Positions 26,265-40,414 of a stretch of 64,000 bases of DNA are shown here, one piece after another. This stretch comes from Octopus sinensis. Taxonomy: Eukaryota. The notes beneath the pieces were generated by a model that did not search any database, was not told the origin of the DNA, and worked only from the letters and a program-made list of their open reading frames with translations. Made by a program: the position numbers and the translations under genes. Location of the stretch: contig NC_043006.1 in assembly GCF_006345805.1 (NCBI RefSeq), forward strand, positions 46,872,001 through 46,936,000, written 5' to 3'. Position 1 is the stretch's first letter, and every line of letters starts with the position of its first letter.

Positions 26265-26396
26265 TGATATATATATATAGTATATATACATATATATATA
26301 TGTATATATACATATATATATATGTATATATACATATATATATATATGTATATACATATATAATATATATGTATATATACATATATAATATATATG

Positions 26397-26429
<33 letters not shown>

Positions 26430-26591
26430 GTATATATACATATATATATATGTATATATACATATTATATATGTATATATACATATATATATATGTATAT
26501 ATATATACATAGGTGTATATATATGTGTGTGTATATATATATACATAGGTATATATATATATACATAGGTATATATATATATATGTGTGTG

Positions 26592-26649
<58 letters not shown>

Positions 26650-26690
26650 CATAGGTGAAAATATATATATATATATGTGTGTGTGTGTTT
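26265..26690. repeat. Long interrupted (TA)n/(TG)n microsatellite
   Basis: Direct inspection; source of the YI-repeat ORFs. Confidence 0.9.
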
Positions 26691-27940
26691 GTGTATGCGA
26701 GTAGACATGTGGGCGACTGAAAGTTACTTTAGCATGCAGCTATGAATATGTTACTGAGCCAAACTACGCTTCTTGGAAGTAAAAAGTTTGTTCTTGCATT
26801 ATCACGAATATTAATTAACATCTCTCAGAGAGTGAGAGAAAAGGAGGAAAAGAGAGAGGGAGAAAGAGGGAGAGAGACAGGCAGACAGACAGATTGGAGC
26901 AAGAGAGTTATACCAACTCATGCCGCAAATCACCGAAGGAAAGGAAAACCAGACACGGACACACAAAGACAAAAAATTTGCAAAACAAAAATGGACGAAA
27001 TTCAATTTCGAAATATGTAAGGGCACGGAAAAAATATGCATAGGAATATGTTGAAAAAATCATATCCAATTAATTTCAGTGTAGGAGTAATAATTTCTTT
27101 AAAAAAAGTAATGAAATAATATGACATAATATATAATATGATATCCTAAATGTTCGCTTAGCCTGTATCCTGCTCGATAAGTTATCATGTTAAAAAATGA
27201 AAACATGAGATTAAAATCACTTATGGAATTTAGTGATCGAAAGTGACGTTTAGAATAAAAGTATTTAGGATTAGAAAAATACGACGGAATTATTTCGAAA
27301 TCATGAATAAAATATTAAATCATTCAGAAACAAATATTTCGAAATCAGAGGAAATGTAAAACGCCTACAACGTTGCAATAGTTCATCGTTAAAGTTCAAG
27401 TTTGATTTGTGCTGAAAGAAGATAAGATATTTATCATTAAAATATACGGGCTTTTTGTAGAATTGTTGGATGTTAAAATCCATGCCTATATTGTAATTTT
27501 ATTTTTCAAGATAGATCTTTGAATTTTAAAAGTTATAGAGCGAATTACTTATAATTTTCGTTCATCATGTTATATACTTGTTCATGCCCTTCGCTTCCGA
27601 GATTTTAAGAAATGTCTGTATAGGTGAAATCACGTTTTCAAGCCGTGAAGTGGTTTCACTAAGATTTATACGTAAGGATGTTATTGAACTTTGCCGTAAT
27701 GCCATAAACAACTTAATTTAATCAGACAAATACTATTGTGAAGGAGGTTATTTCTATTAAGAGAGGAGTATATTAAAACTTTTGACATGAAAATAGCTGC
27801 TATTATATGTAATGCATATTTATATATATATACGTTTAAATATTTGTTGTGCAAGATTTTTATGTGAAGTCGTGTTTAGCCAATAAAAAATAGTGCGTGT
27901 GTTTTTATTGGCTAAACTGGCAAAATGACCATTCCTAAAT

Positions 27941-28008
<68 letters not shown>

Positions 28009-28075
28009 AATAGAGACAGAGATCGGTATGCGAGCAGATGTCGCAAATCACCGAAGGAAAGAATATGTATGTACG

Positions 28076-28124
<49 letters not shown>

Positions 28125-28130
<6 letters not shown>

Positions 28131-28248
28131 GTGACCAGACGTGTTCGTAAGCCGAGGTATTACTGTATTAAATGAATATGAGAAAGACGGGAGATGAAGT
28201 AGGATATATTCGTGGTCAGAGTTGTTCGAAAATCGAGGTTCTACTGCA
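28125..28248 (+). mobile_element. Two pogo/Tigger-like terminal fragments
   Basis: ATATTCGTG..CAGA..TGTTCG.AA..CGAGGT..TACTG occurs twice, 81 bp apart; resembles the ends of the MITEs at 36473 and 40028. Confidence 0.45.
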
Positions 28249-28374
28249 GGCACACACACATACGCGCGTACGCACACACTCACAGACACACACATACACA
28301 TGTGCACACAATGCATGCGGCTACCCCCAAACACACGCATATGTATCCCTATATATCCACACTTATAGGCTGGG

Positions 28375-28537
28375 AGCTGAGTTCAAATTCCACCGAGGTC
28401 GACTTCGCCTTTTATCCTTTCGGGGCCGATAAATAAAGTACTAGTTACGCACTGGGGTCGATGTAATCAACTTAATCCCTTTGTCTGTCTTTGTTTGTCC
28501 CCTCTATGTTTAGCCCCTTGTGGGTAGTAAACAAATA
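28375..28537 (+). mobile_element. SINE family 3, 5'-truncated
   Basis: Matches 33885-34050 (GAGTTCAAATTCC..GAGGTCGAC..CCTTT..TCCTTTCGGGG..GATAAA..AAGTAC). Confidence 0.8.
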
Positions 28538-29126
28538 TATATATCCACACTTAGCAACACAATGAAGCTATCAGATAACTATTGCGGACGTTTGAATTAT
28601 GGCGCTTCGAGATAATTTACTGAATGACAAACACTTTTGTAACAAATGAAAGTTTCAGCCGGATAATAACAATATCGAATGGTATTCATCATTTTGCACC
28701 TATTTTATGAATATTTTCATAAATACTTATCACCATAGTATTCCAGAAAAAGAACATGTTTTGTGGAAAATGTATAAATTGGAAAATATATTTCATCCAT
28801 ATTTTTTTTACACATCGATTGCTCTCTTAGAAAAGAAAGAAAACTATGGCTGAATATCACCCTAGATATATAGAAAGGCAGGTTTCTCAAAAGTAGAAAA
28901 CATTTCATCGTAGGTCAACATAACAGTAAATCGTTTAATGAATGCTCAAGCAAACCCTATCAAACGCTTGCAATCTATGCAACATATGTATCTGAATATC
29001 TAAATACTACCGGTTGGGCTTTATAGCTAGTTTTTTATATTCATATAAGTATAATATATTGTTCATTAATCCTGGCGAGAACGGTTGTTAAATCTCCCTT
29101 TTCTTTTAAATCACTCGCTCTGTTAT

Positions 29127-29466
29127 TCTCTTTTACATGTTTCAGTCATTTGATTGCGGCCGTGCTGGAGCACCGCCTTTAGTCGAGCAATTCGACCTCA
29201 GGACTTATTCTTCTGAAACCTAGTACTTATTCTATGGGTCTCTTTTGCCAAACTGCTAAGTTACGGGGAGGGGACGTAAACACACCACCATCGGTTATCA
29301 TGCATTGTTGAGGAGACAAACACAAACATATACGCATACATACATATATATACATATATACAACGGACTTCTTTCCGTCTTCCAAATCGACTCACAAGGA
29401 TTAAACAAGGAATGAACCCGTAACAATGTGGTTGGTAAGCAAGCTACTTACCACACACCCACTCCT
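29127..29466 (-). mobile_element. SINE family 1
   Basis: Reverse-complement match with an internal deletion. Confidence 0.85.
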
Positions 29467-30322
29467 AATATTTATTTGTTAAAAATGCATTTATTCCTTC
29501 ACCAGTATATAAGAATACAACATTTTGAGCAAAACTGTGAGTAAATTCACTGCAAATATTTCCTTATGAATTATGAAATAAATCTCTAAACCTGTAATCC
29601 CCAATGCTAATTAAAGGCAAATTTCTTCATGAGAATGATTATTTTTCAATTGACACAAATCCATAAATTTGCTAAGAAATAATAATCGATAAAATCAACC
29701 TCATTACTTACCTTGTACCGGTGTTATTGATAGCAGTATTCTGGAATAGAAGTTTCACATTATTCGGATTAGAACTCATAATCGATATAACCGTTTTCCT
29801 TTCGGTAACGCATAAATATTTCCTAAATTCAAACGCCTACTTATATATCAAAAGAATCCAATATATTGACTTCTGAAGCAATAAGTATTAGGGTCATTTA
29901 TCTAACCTTTGTTAATGTATTCCTTAACTTAGTCAGAACCTGTGAGGATTTCGAGTACAATTATTATTGTCGATATTAATAGAGAGATTTAACAAAAAGC
30001 GATATCGGATAATGTTCTATTGTTGTAAGGACAATGCCGGAATTAGTTTTCATTAATGTAAGCTAGAAAACAATCATCAATTATGAAGCGTGTTGAAAAG
30101 TATAAGTGCGTAGAGAATGTATTTAGAAATCACTGGATTTGTCACTTCTAACTTAGATGCCGTGTAAATATTTACACTGCAAGCATCCGATATCGTTCTG
30201 GAAAGTAACATACTAACCTATTGGCACATCGTAGTACCGGTTCGTATTAAATAGTTACACAGGCACACACAGAAACATTCACACACTCATGCATTTACAC
30301 GCACACATATAAATATATAAAC

Positions 30323-30329
<7 letters not shown>

Positions 30330-30366
<37 letters not shown>

Positions 30367-30413
30367 TCAATATATATATATATAGTATATATATATATAT
30401 ATATATCTTCAAG

Positions 30414-30462
<49 letters not shown>

Positions 30463-30494
30463 GATATATATATATATATATATATATCTTCAAG

Positions 30495-30528
<34 letters not shown>

Positions 30529-30921
30529 CTTCAAGTTATATATATATATATATCTTCAAGTATATATTATATATATATATATATATCTTCAAGTATATAT
30601 ATATTATATATATATATATATATCTATATATATATATATCTTCAAGTATATATATATATAATATATATATATATAATATATATATATATATTATATAATA
30701 TATATATATCTTCAAGTATATATATATATATCTATATATATATATCTTCAAGTTATATATATATATATAATATATATCTTCAAGTATATATATATTATAT
30801 ATATATTATATATATATATATATATCTTCAGTATATATATATATATTATATATATATATATTATATATATATATATAATATTATATATATATATATATAG
30901 ATATATATATATATCTTCAAG

Positions 30922-30959
<38 letters not shown>

Positions 30960-31205
30960 CTTCAAGTTATATATATATATAGATATGTATATATATCTTC
31001 AGTATATATATATATATATAGTATATATATATATAATATATATATATATGTATATATATCTTCAAGTGTATATATATATATGTATATAGATATGTATATA
31101 TATCTTCAAGTGTATATATATATATATAGATATGTATATATATCTTCAAGTATATATATATATATAGATATGTATATATATCTTCAAGCATATATATATA
31201 TATTT
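30330..31205. repeat. Beaded satellite: about 18 ATCTTCAAG anchors in (TA)n
   Basis: TCTTCA(A)G recurs every ~25-90 bp, separated by variable TA tracts. Confidence 0.9.
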
Positions 31206-31496
31206 TAATGCTCATGCTATTCATTTGTAGCTCTTTGAGACATCCCCCATCTACTCAGATAATCACCGTTGCTAGCTATGCATAAGGTACCTCTCAAAAG
31301 GTACATAACCCTGGAGATATTGCGCACCAGCAACAGGAGTATGTTGCAAAAAACAAAAAAACTGTTGAGCTAAGGACCACATCATTCAACATAATACTGG
31401 AAAGTTCCAAGCCCTGCGCTAACAGCTCACAATAGTGAATGAAATACAGAGGGGCAACATTGGCCTATGAAGGACAGAAATCCCTAAATTAAAATC

Positions 31497-31904
31497 GGAT
31501 CTTTTCGGTTTGAGCGGCAGTTTTTTCTAGCGGTGTCATATGAAATTGTCACCCATAATTATGACCCTAGTATCGATCTATTGCATTTCAATCTGTTTAA
31601 GGGTTAGGGGTGAGGGGAGGGTATCTTTTTTTCTTCACAAATGTAAATAAATCCAATCTGTTTCTTAAACGAGGGACGTATTCATACGGCACATAATGTT
31701 TTTATCTCAATAGACGCCAGTGATGGGTTGAAATTGCAGAAATTGAAGAAAAAAACAACAAATATCTTACAAACTATAGAATTTTCTCAATAAAGCCAAG
31801 AGAAAGAGATGTTTTATAAACACATTCTACCAGTATAGGAAGTTTAAAATTTTTGAGTTACCTAGAAATTATGTTAAAAACTGCCGTTCAAACCGAAAAC
31901 ATCC
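31497..31904 (-). mobile_element. Merlin-like MITE
   Basis: TIRs GGATCTTTTCGGTTTGA(A/G)CGGCAGTTTTT and a perfect 8 bp TSD TTAAAATC (31489-31496 / 31905-31912). A 5'-GG TIR with an 8 bp TSD fits the Merlin superfamily. Strand is given relative to the other copies. Confidence 0.75.
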
Positions 31905-31969
31905 TTAAAATCATTGTGCAATGTGTATATCTGTACATATATTGTGTTTTTCAGAAGCTACAAGGAAGT

Positions 31970-32130
31970 AGGGTGCGTGTCCGTGTTTTAAGGAGCTTGT
32001 TTCTCAAAGAAACGGACGTAGATTCAATTCCTGTACGCGGCAACTTGGGCAAGTGTCTCCTAATATTGCCTCGGGCTGATCATAGCCTTGTGAGTGAATT
32101 CAGTTGATGTGAACCGAAAGAGATCCGGCT
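31970..32130 (+). mobile_element. SINE family 1-related head fragment, old
   Basis: GATTCAATTCC..CTTGGGCAAGTGTCT..GCCTCGGGCTGA..AGCCTTGTGAGTG. Confidence 0.6.
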
Positions 32131-33813
32131 TATGCACATATACCTGTTTTTATATTTTCATATAAATATATGGCTCTGTAACTATATATTTAAGTTTAGT
32201 AATATTTCATGTTAGGAATGCGCTACTGCCTAATTATATGAAGCTTTCTATTTTATCACGTATCTCCAGAACGCAAGTACCCTACAGTATCTAATTTAAA
32301 ACTTGAAAACTTTAAGGGTGTATCTAGAGGGAAATGACTGCGAAAGTATTTCTTGTCAATACTTGAGAACGTCCTCGTTATTTATAAGTTCTGGTTCTCA
32401 ACTTTACTTTCAATTCTTTATTGCAGAGAGTCTTCAGAGTTTATGGTATAGATGGGTATTAATTTTGTTAGTATGACACAAAATATTGGTCTCTCATGAT
32501 CTTTTAGCTCCAATGTAAGTGCAGCACTGACATCAGAAGATGTGTTTGTCACATTATTTAAATATTTATAGAAGCGTGGTTCTTGCCTCACTTTGTAAGC
32601 TTCGGTATAAATCTAAAACCCATTGAGAAGTTGCTGAAAGAAAATTACGAAATAATTGACAGTACTATCACGAGTTTGAGATATACCATTCAACAGTTGC
32701 AAGTCTCTTTCAGTAGGTTCATAATAACATTGTGTTGAATGTGTTAACGTTATTCTTCTTTAGTGAAGTATAGAGGGTATAACTTTCTTTATCATGTCTG
32801 ACGTCGACAAATGTAATCTATACTACACTTCAGAAGCATCAATTCTCTAAAATGTGTTCCTTCTTTCAACTAGTGACTGTACACAATTTTTAGTAGACTT
32901 TATCTAAACAATGATCAATACTTCCTATATCATTTTTCTGAACACACGATTCCCCTAACTGTTAGATGTCCTCTGTTTTAAGTGAAGAAAAGCAAGAAAA
33001 AAAACACAGGAAATTGAAGTGAATAGATAGATTTATACTCACACGAAACTCTCAGCCCTTGTCTAACTGTAACTTCTGCAGATAAGTAATAAAAGAGAAG
33101 AACATATACTCATATTTCATGTTTCGAGTTCTATTTTCCCGTTTGTATAATGAAAAACTCACACACACTCACACACACACACAAGCGTGTTGCTTTTAAT
33201 AAGTCATTCATTATTGCGTAGTGACAAAAAGGAATTCAAACATCTCTACATTACTTTGAAATCGATCATCATTAAAACTTACGTTGGCATAATATCAAAG
33301 AGAGTTATTTGACTAGTCTTAATCTGTTTTAGTGATTCTATATTATTCCATCATTTATAATATTTATCACAAATAAACTGTTAAAGCATGTCTATGCAAT
33401 TTTATTTTGAGGTGGTATTGGCGTAACATAGACTTTTTCAAACTTCAAATAAAACCTCTCTCAACACTTAGGAGATATCCTTACCATACACTTGCTTAAA
33501 ATAATATATTTTCTTTTTGAATTTTTAGTAGTAGGAATAAATTACACACCATTTTAAAGATTTCTATCATACGGAAGTATATCGACCCTTGTGAAACCCT
33601 TTAAAACACAAACAGCGCAGTACAGGCGGATATGTTCACGCATACATACAGTTTATTATGAAAATAACAAATGAGAATCAACCAATTATTCTCTGAGAAT
33701 TCTTTCACAACGATCCCCAAAAAACTCAGATATTAGTTCAGTCATATCTTAATGTATTAGGGAAGAATACCATATTTGCTAGGTAGCTCTAGATACAATA
33801 TTTAATGAGTAAA

Positions 33814-34370
33814 GAAGGCAGCAAGCTGGCAGAAACGTTAGCACGCCGGGCGAAATGCTTAGCGGTATTTCGTCTGCCGCTACGTTCTGAGTTCAAATTC
33901 CGCCGAGGTCGACTTTGCCTTTCATCCTTTCGGGGTCGATTAAATAAGTACCACTTACGCACTGTTGTCGATATAATCGACTTAATCCGTTTGTCTGTCC
34001 TTGTTTATCCTCTCTGTGTTTAGCCCCTTGTGGGTAGTAAAGAAATAGGTATTTCGTCTGTCTACATGTTCTGAGTTCAAATTCCACCGAGGTCAACTTT
34101 GCCTTTTATCCTTTCAGGGTGGATAAATTACATACCACTTGCATACTGGGGTCGATCAAATCAACTTAATCCCTTTGTCTGTCCTTGTTTGTCCCCTCTA
34201 TGTTTAGCTCCCTGCGAGTAATAAAGAAATAAATATTTAAAGATTAAAGAAGGCGGCAAGCTGGTAGAAACGTTAGCACGCCGTTCGAAATGCACAGCGG
34301 TGTTACATCCGTCTTTACGTTCCGAGTTCAAATTCCGCCGAGGGTCGATAAATTAGGTACCAGTCGATAT
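33814..34370 (+). mobile_element. SINE family 3 concatemer (monomer, partial tandem copy, third head)
   Basis: Head GGCAGCAAGCTGGCAGAAACGTTAGCAC, core GCCTTTCATCCTTTCGGGGTCGAT..AAGTACC resembling the Deu/Nin SINE domain. Units at about 33814-34046, 34047-34232 and 34248-34370. Confidence 0.85.
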
Positions 34371-36472
34371 GCCCGACTTTCAAGCTAAGTAACTTTAACA
34401 GGAGCCGAACCACTGAGTACAACCAATGTTTTAATTTGGAAGACTTAGTATACTTTTAAAACAAAGAAAAACACGAGGTTTAAAATGTGCAACTAATTAT
34501 AATTTTCGTATGTATTCGTAGGAAGTTTTGCCTCTATCTTCTTCCTAATGCGATAGAATTTTGAATACTATATGACGGATAGTAAGTCCATATTTTCTCT
34601 ATTTCTTTATTAGCCACAAGGACCCAAATTATAAGGGGGATAAACAAGGACAGACAGGACACCACAGAGAGGACATAAAAATACATAAAACGAATATGAA
34701 TGAGATGGTTATATAACAATGAGGTTATGAATGGCTGCATGCGCCCCTCATCACATGCAGTACCATTAATTTTTGTACAGTTCATTTTTATCATGTATTT
34801 AACTAACACTTAACTATCGTGTTACATACCATTGCAAGTATTTGAACCGTTATATACATTATCTACAATTGATCTATTTCTCAATATTTTTTAAGAACAT
34901 AACAAAAAACACCTGGCGCTTTCGTTTTTTTCTCCTTTTTCCTGTCAATTTAACATACTTATTTTCTTTTAATATTACTTCATCAATGGTTCAATTTCCA
35001 TTAAATCCACTACTGGTGGCAATTCTTTGAATTCCACCCTTACTCTTGGTGGGTCAATACTATCTCCACACATTTCTTCTTGTAATTTTCCTTTTTGATT
35101 ACTATCGCCTTCATATCATCTGCCTATATGTATGATGGTACTCTCACTCTTACTATGTGATGAAACTTGACTATCTTCTTCTTTCTTTCTACATTTTTTG
35201 GGTATGTCACGTAATGCCATACTCCATTTCCTCCTTGTATTTTCTTTCCTTTATTTTGAACTCTTTGTTCTCTCTTTTCTTCCTTTAAGTCAATATTTTC
35301 TCCATATCGTACTAGTTTTCGTTTTGAATTTATATGTCATTTTTTACCCGGCTGTTTCTCTTTCTCTCTGTCTCTATCTCTTTCTAAATATATACATAGA
35401 TGTGTGTGTTTAGTTCGTATGTTGTCTGTGTGTTAATACGACGAGCTAATACATTCTAATAGGATATAGGGACACTATAATATAGTAAACCAGTTATAAA
35501 AGGTAATCTAACTGTGAATATGCTCTCTATATTTAGGAACAGCGCATTCATTGAGGAAAACTTTACAATGCATCTTCATATACTAGGAATAACAACAAAA
35601 CCTTCTCCAGATTACATTTTGACATCTTAGAAATGAACAGCAGCTTATAAGGGTTAGCCTCTTAAAGTGAATTAATGAGATTCCTTAGGTTATTATTATT
35701 ATTGACAGTCGTTGACAGAATTGCGACTTCGTCATGCGAAATGTCTTGAAATTTTTCATTACATCACATAATTCATACGTTCATGTCCCACTGTGGTTGT
35801 CTTTGTTCATTAAAATTTTTGTCCATTAACCTGTACAGCCTTGTATACCCTATTTCCCAGCCCATGAGGTGTAAACTCACATGTTATGCACCCCTTTTTT
35901 ACCAATTATATATGGAGAGGGAATTTTCTTTATTCACGTAGTGAAAGATGTCTTAAGGCGGTTACAATTATTTGTCAGTAAACTAGAGTTAAATATGATG
36001 CCACAAATTTATTCTACATATACTACATTATATAAATAGCATATATTAAATTTATCTTCTTTCGTATCAAAAGTATAGGGGTTTACATTTTGCTCAAGAT
36101 AATTCCCAGGATAAATAATCAGTATTCCTGGTTATGATGTCTAGTATAACCGCGGTTGTTATTGTTATCATTGCAAATTAACATATGGGTGTTTAACATA
36201 TTTTCCTAATTCTACGAGAATTTTAGAAAATATTTAGAGAATATTTTTTTAAAGTAACAGAGTTACATATCAGGTATGTGTTATACTTGCTAAGGGAGGA
36301 GATATAACGATATGAGGTGACGCTTCCATACAGCAATCTTTTGAGGTATTCAAAAACATATTTTAAAAATGTGTGTCATACCAGCAGGCAAATACAGTAA
36401 TTAATTTAGAAAAAATTATTACACATCCTCCACAAGTTTAATCTATGGCAAAAGTGATTATAAATGTATATA

Positions 36473-36670
36473 CAGTAATCCGTCGCCATATTCTGGTTTA
36501 TTATTTAAGCTTACGTTGGTTCCTCCGTGGTGTTGTTTTGTATTTACAATAAAATAAATATAAATAAATTATAAAAATAGTAAAATACAGTACAGTTTTT
36601 ACTTCGCAGATTTTCACTATCACCGAGTGATATCACTAACGTAATACTCGTGATAGTCGAGGAATTACTG
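36473..36670. mobile_element. Tigger/pogo-like MITE
   Basis: TA|CAGTAATCC ... GATAGTCGAGGAATTACTG|TA; related to 40028-40245. Confidence 0.7.
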
Positions 36671-37274
36671 TATACTAACATGCTGTGCAGCCTTAATTTG
36701 CTATCGTTTCTGAGATCAGTTTCCATACAGTTCTACTTTGCCTTTCTCTAGTTGGAGATATTCATAATGATATATAGAACTTATAACGAATTATTTCAAA
36801 ATTTGCTGTTGAGAAATGATTATTTGCTAGAGTATTGCTTTGTTACATGCATTATTTAAAATTTTAAAGGCAACGTGCCGGTTGTATCATTAAATTGTCT
36901 AAGAAAATAATTTGCGATATTTCTTCCGAATTCATCCCTTCTGATTTCAAACTCCCCCAGGATCACCTCTACCATGACGCCCTCGATTGTCAATAAAATG
37001 AACAGTAAAGTATCAACTAAATATCTCCTCTTAAAATTGTCAACAGTATGCTTAAATGAGGTCTTATTAAAATATACGAGTGATGTCCTATGGATAACCG
37101 TTGACACGAAGGGAAGTAACTCTCACCTTACAGGGTAAAAATTCAAAATAGAAGAACACGAACTGGTTGACAGGTGTTCATATGCATATATATGTGTGCG
37201 TGTGTGCATGCGAGCGGGTGCGTGAAAATATGTGTCTCTATGTGTGAAATTCTTTTTTTCGTCTTTTTTTTTTT

Positions 37275-37594
37275 GTTATTTGTTTCAGTCATTTGACTGA
37301 GGCCATCCTGCAGCACAGTTTTTAGTCGAATAAATCAACCCCAGAACTTATTCTTTGGAAGTTCTATCGGTCTCTTTAGCAGTACCGCAAATTTGCGGAG
37401 ACCTAAACACACCAGCAAACATACGCACACACACACACACACACACACACAGACGCACACGCATATAAATATATATACGTCGGACTTCTTTCAGTTTCCG
37501 TCTAACAAATCCACTTACAAGATTCTACGCAGTGGGACAGAACCCGGAACCATGTGGTTCATAAGCAAGCTACTTACCACACAGCCACTCCTGC
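37275..37594 (-). mobile_element. SINE family 1 (internally deleted)
   Basis: Reverse-complement match. Confidence 0.8.
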
Positions 37595-37822
37595 GGTTAT
37601 TCATAAATGTGTATAAGGAAGAGTTGAATACCGGAGATATCCTTTACGACAAATATGTTTCTGTCTACAAAGTATGTAAAATAACCTATCATCATTCTGT
37701 TGAATGCAATCATTTTCTTGGAAATTTATATCTTTTTGCTGAAATATAAATATTATAATTTCTAAAAAATACGTTAGCGTAGCAAATATATTATAGAAAC
37801 GAACTAAATACATTCTATGTTT

Positions 37823-38233
37823 TTTACTCTTTTACTTGTTTCAGCCATGTGACTATGGCCATGCTGGAGCACCTCCTTTGTTCGAGCAAATCGACCCCAG
37901 GGCTTATTCTTTGTAAGCCTACTACTTATTCTATCGCGCCCTATTGCCTAACCGCTACGTTACGGGGACGTAAACACACCAGCATCGGTTTTCAAGCAAT
38001 GTTAGGGGATGGGAACAAACACAGACACACAAACATATACACACGCATACATATATATATACATACATATATACGACGGGTTTCTTTCAGTTTCCGTCTA
38101 CCAGATCCACTCACAAGGCTTTGGTTGGCCTGAGGCTATAGTAGAAGACACTTGCCCAAGATGCCACGCAGTGGGACTGAACCCAGAACCATGTGGTTCA
38201 TAAGCAAGCTACTTACCGTACAGCCACTCCTAC
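37823..38233 (-). mobile_element. SINE family 1, full length
   Basis: Reverse-complement match to 1790-2210. Confidence 0.9.
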
Positions 38234-38376
38234 GCAAGAATAATTATGAAATTTCGATCGTGCTGAAATGTATCCCTAGTCTATACAACTTTTCTCTTTC
38301 TGTTAAAGTTAAATATTTTCTTACTATTTGAAATATAACAATTATGTATCATAGCAAAACTACTATTGCTGCTGTT

Positions 38377-38421
38377 ACTACTACTACTACTACTACTACT
38401 AGTAGTAGTAGTAGTAGTAGT
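38377..38421. repeat. (ACT)8(AGT)7 inverted trinucleotide repeat
   Basis: Perfect palindrome centred on ACT|AGT at 38400/38401. Confidence 0.9.
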
Positions 38422-38984
38422 TGATGCCAGCAGTGTATATTCCTTAAGACTGAAAAGTGATAGTATAATTCGCTGTCAAGTATGGAGAAGATAAATCACG
38501 TCTCCGAGATTTTATTTCATATTATAACCGACAAGAAAGAATAAGTTTGAAGAAAAATTATTGTATTCACTTCTAACATGACTAAGAATTCCTATTATTG
38601 AATCCCTTTCTGACAAAAGAAACTCTTTCTTTCGCATATTTGTAACTAAAAGTAACTTACATTCACTGACTGACGAGAGAGTAACAAGTTGTTCTTCAGA
38701 TTTTTATTCTCTTATTCATCCTTACAAAATTTTAAATACAATTTCAAGAGAAACTTGTGCTAAATAAATAGATGAAAATTTGTACTAGTATTTCATTAAT
38801 ATGAATGTGGTATAGAATCTTTAAGAACGAGGAATTGAATACGTTGCAAGATAAAGCCATAAAACGAACACTCGTCTGCTTTTTTTTAAACAAGAATTAC
38901 TTTGAACTGATCCAAAGCAGTTTCTTTTCCTGTAGATAACAATACCATTACATATATACAATACCATTACATATTTACATAAAC

Positions 38985-39300
<316 letters not shown>

Positions 39301-39313
39301 AAACATACATATA

Positions 39314-39745
39314 CCGTAAATCTCCGAGTATAATCCGCATATTTTACCCAAAATTTAAAGGTCAAAATCCCTAGTGCGTACTATATACGAGGTTAAACAT
39401 GAAAAATATTTTCTACGCAATGTCCGAGTCTCTATTTGCTGTCCAGCAATGATTATTCCGACGCATTTTGTGATGTAGGGCGCGAACATACATTAAGCTA
39501 AGCCTGAAAGCAATTAAGTCATAAAGGGATCATCCATAACTTGCAGTAAGCAACATTTATTAAAATAAAAGTATTCAGAACACAGAATAAAATGTAACAA
39601 AAAGAATTTGCAAACATACTTATATTCCCATATAACAGTTACGAACATCACTATTATTGTATTACGCATGAGCAGAAGTTTTTGTTCGACTAAGTGCTGC
39701 TGGTTTAATTACGCACGACTCAAGTTAGAGAAGGGGTTAGAAAGG
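39314..39745 (+). mobile_element. Tc2-like element, 3'-truncated
   Basis: Starts TA|CCGTAAATCTCCGAGTATAATCCGC; colinear with 17794-18200. Confidence 0.75.
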
Positions 39746-39793
39746 TTACATATATGCATGTATGTATGTATATATATAAAATTCTTATATGTA

Positions 39794-39824
<31 letters not shown>

Positions 39825-40027
39825 TGTGTGTGTATGTATGTATGCATGTATGTACATTAAAGTTAATATAAACAGCTAGGCTCAATATAATGATATATAG
39901 GAAAATTTTTATCGTCGCTAATCGTGACTCGGATGTGTGTGTGGAGGGGGTATGTGATTTGCAAACCTGGAAATTCCTGTGATAATCATATTCTAAAACA
40001 CACAACTTGGTAGTAATCAATCCAATA

Positions 40028-40245
40028 CAGTAATAACTTGCCATATAGCGGTTCACATATCGCAGTTTATTATTTAAGATTCCGTCGATCCCTCCCTGGG
40101 GTTGTTTTGCACTTATGATACAATAAATATATACAAATTCAAACATAATAAAAAAAATATATACAGTACTAATTCTACTTCGAGACATTTTCATCTATCT
40201 CGGGTTTTTTGGAACATAACACCCGCGATAGTCGAGGGATTACTG
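40028..40245. mobile_element. Tigger/pogo-like MITE
   Basis: TA|CAGTAATAAC ... GATAGTCGAGGGATTACTG|TA. Confidence 0.7.
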
Positions 40246-40414
40246 TAGTATACTTATGGAGTGTGATGTTACATTAGTAAAAGAGCTGGTTTTTACAGGA
40301 GAGCGCTGAGGAGAGCACCAAAGATATTATATTTGCATCTGTAATTATGTCATAAGAGACAATAATATTGCTTGCAAACAAATAGATTTATACAACTTAA
40401 CATTTTAAGCTATA

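Noticed and set aside
24957-26708. Many YI/YT/CV-repeat ORFs (also at 8.4-8.9, 30-31 and 39 kb)
   Set aside because: They are translations of dinucleotide microsatellites.
30330-31205. CRISPR-like repeat/spacer pattern
   Set aside because: The anchor is only 8-9 bp, the spacers are TA runs, there are no cas genes, and the context is eukaryotic.
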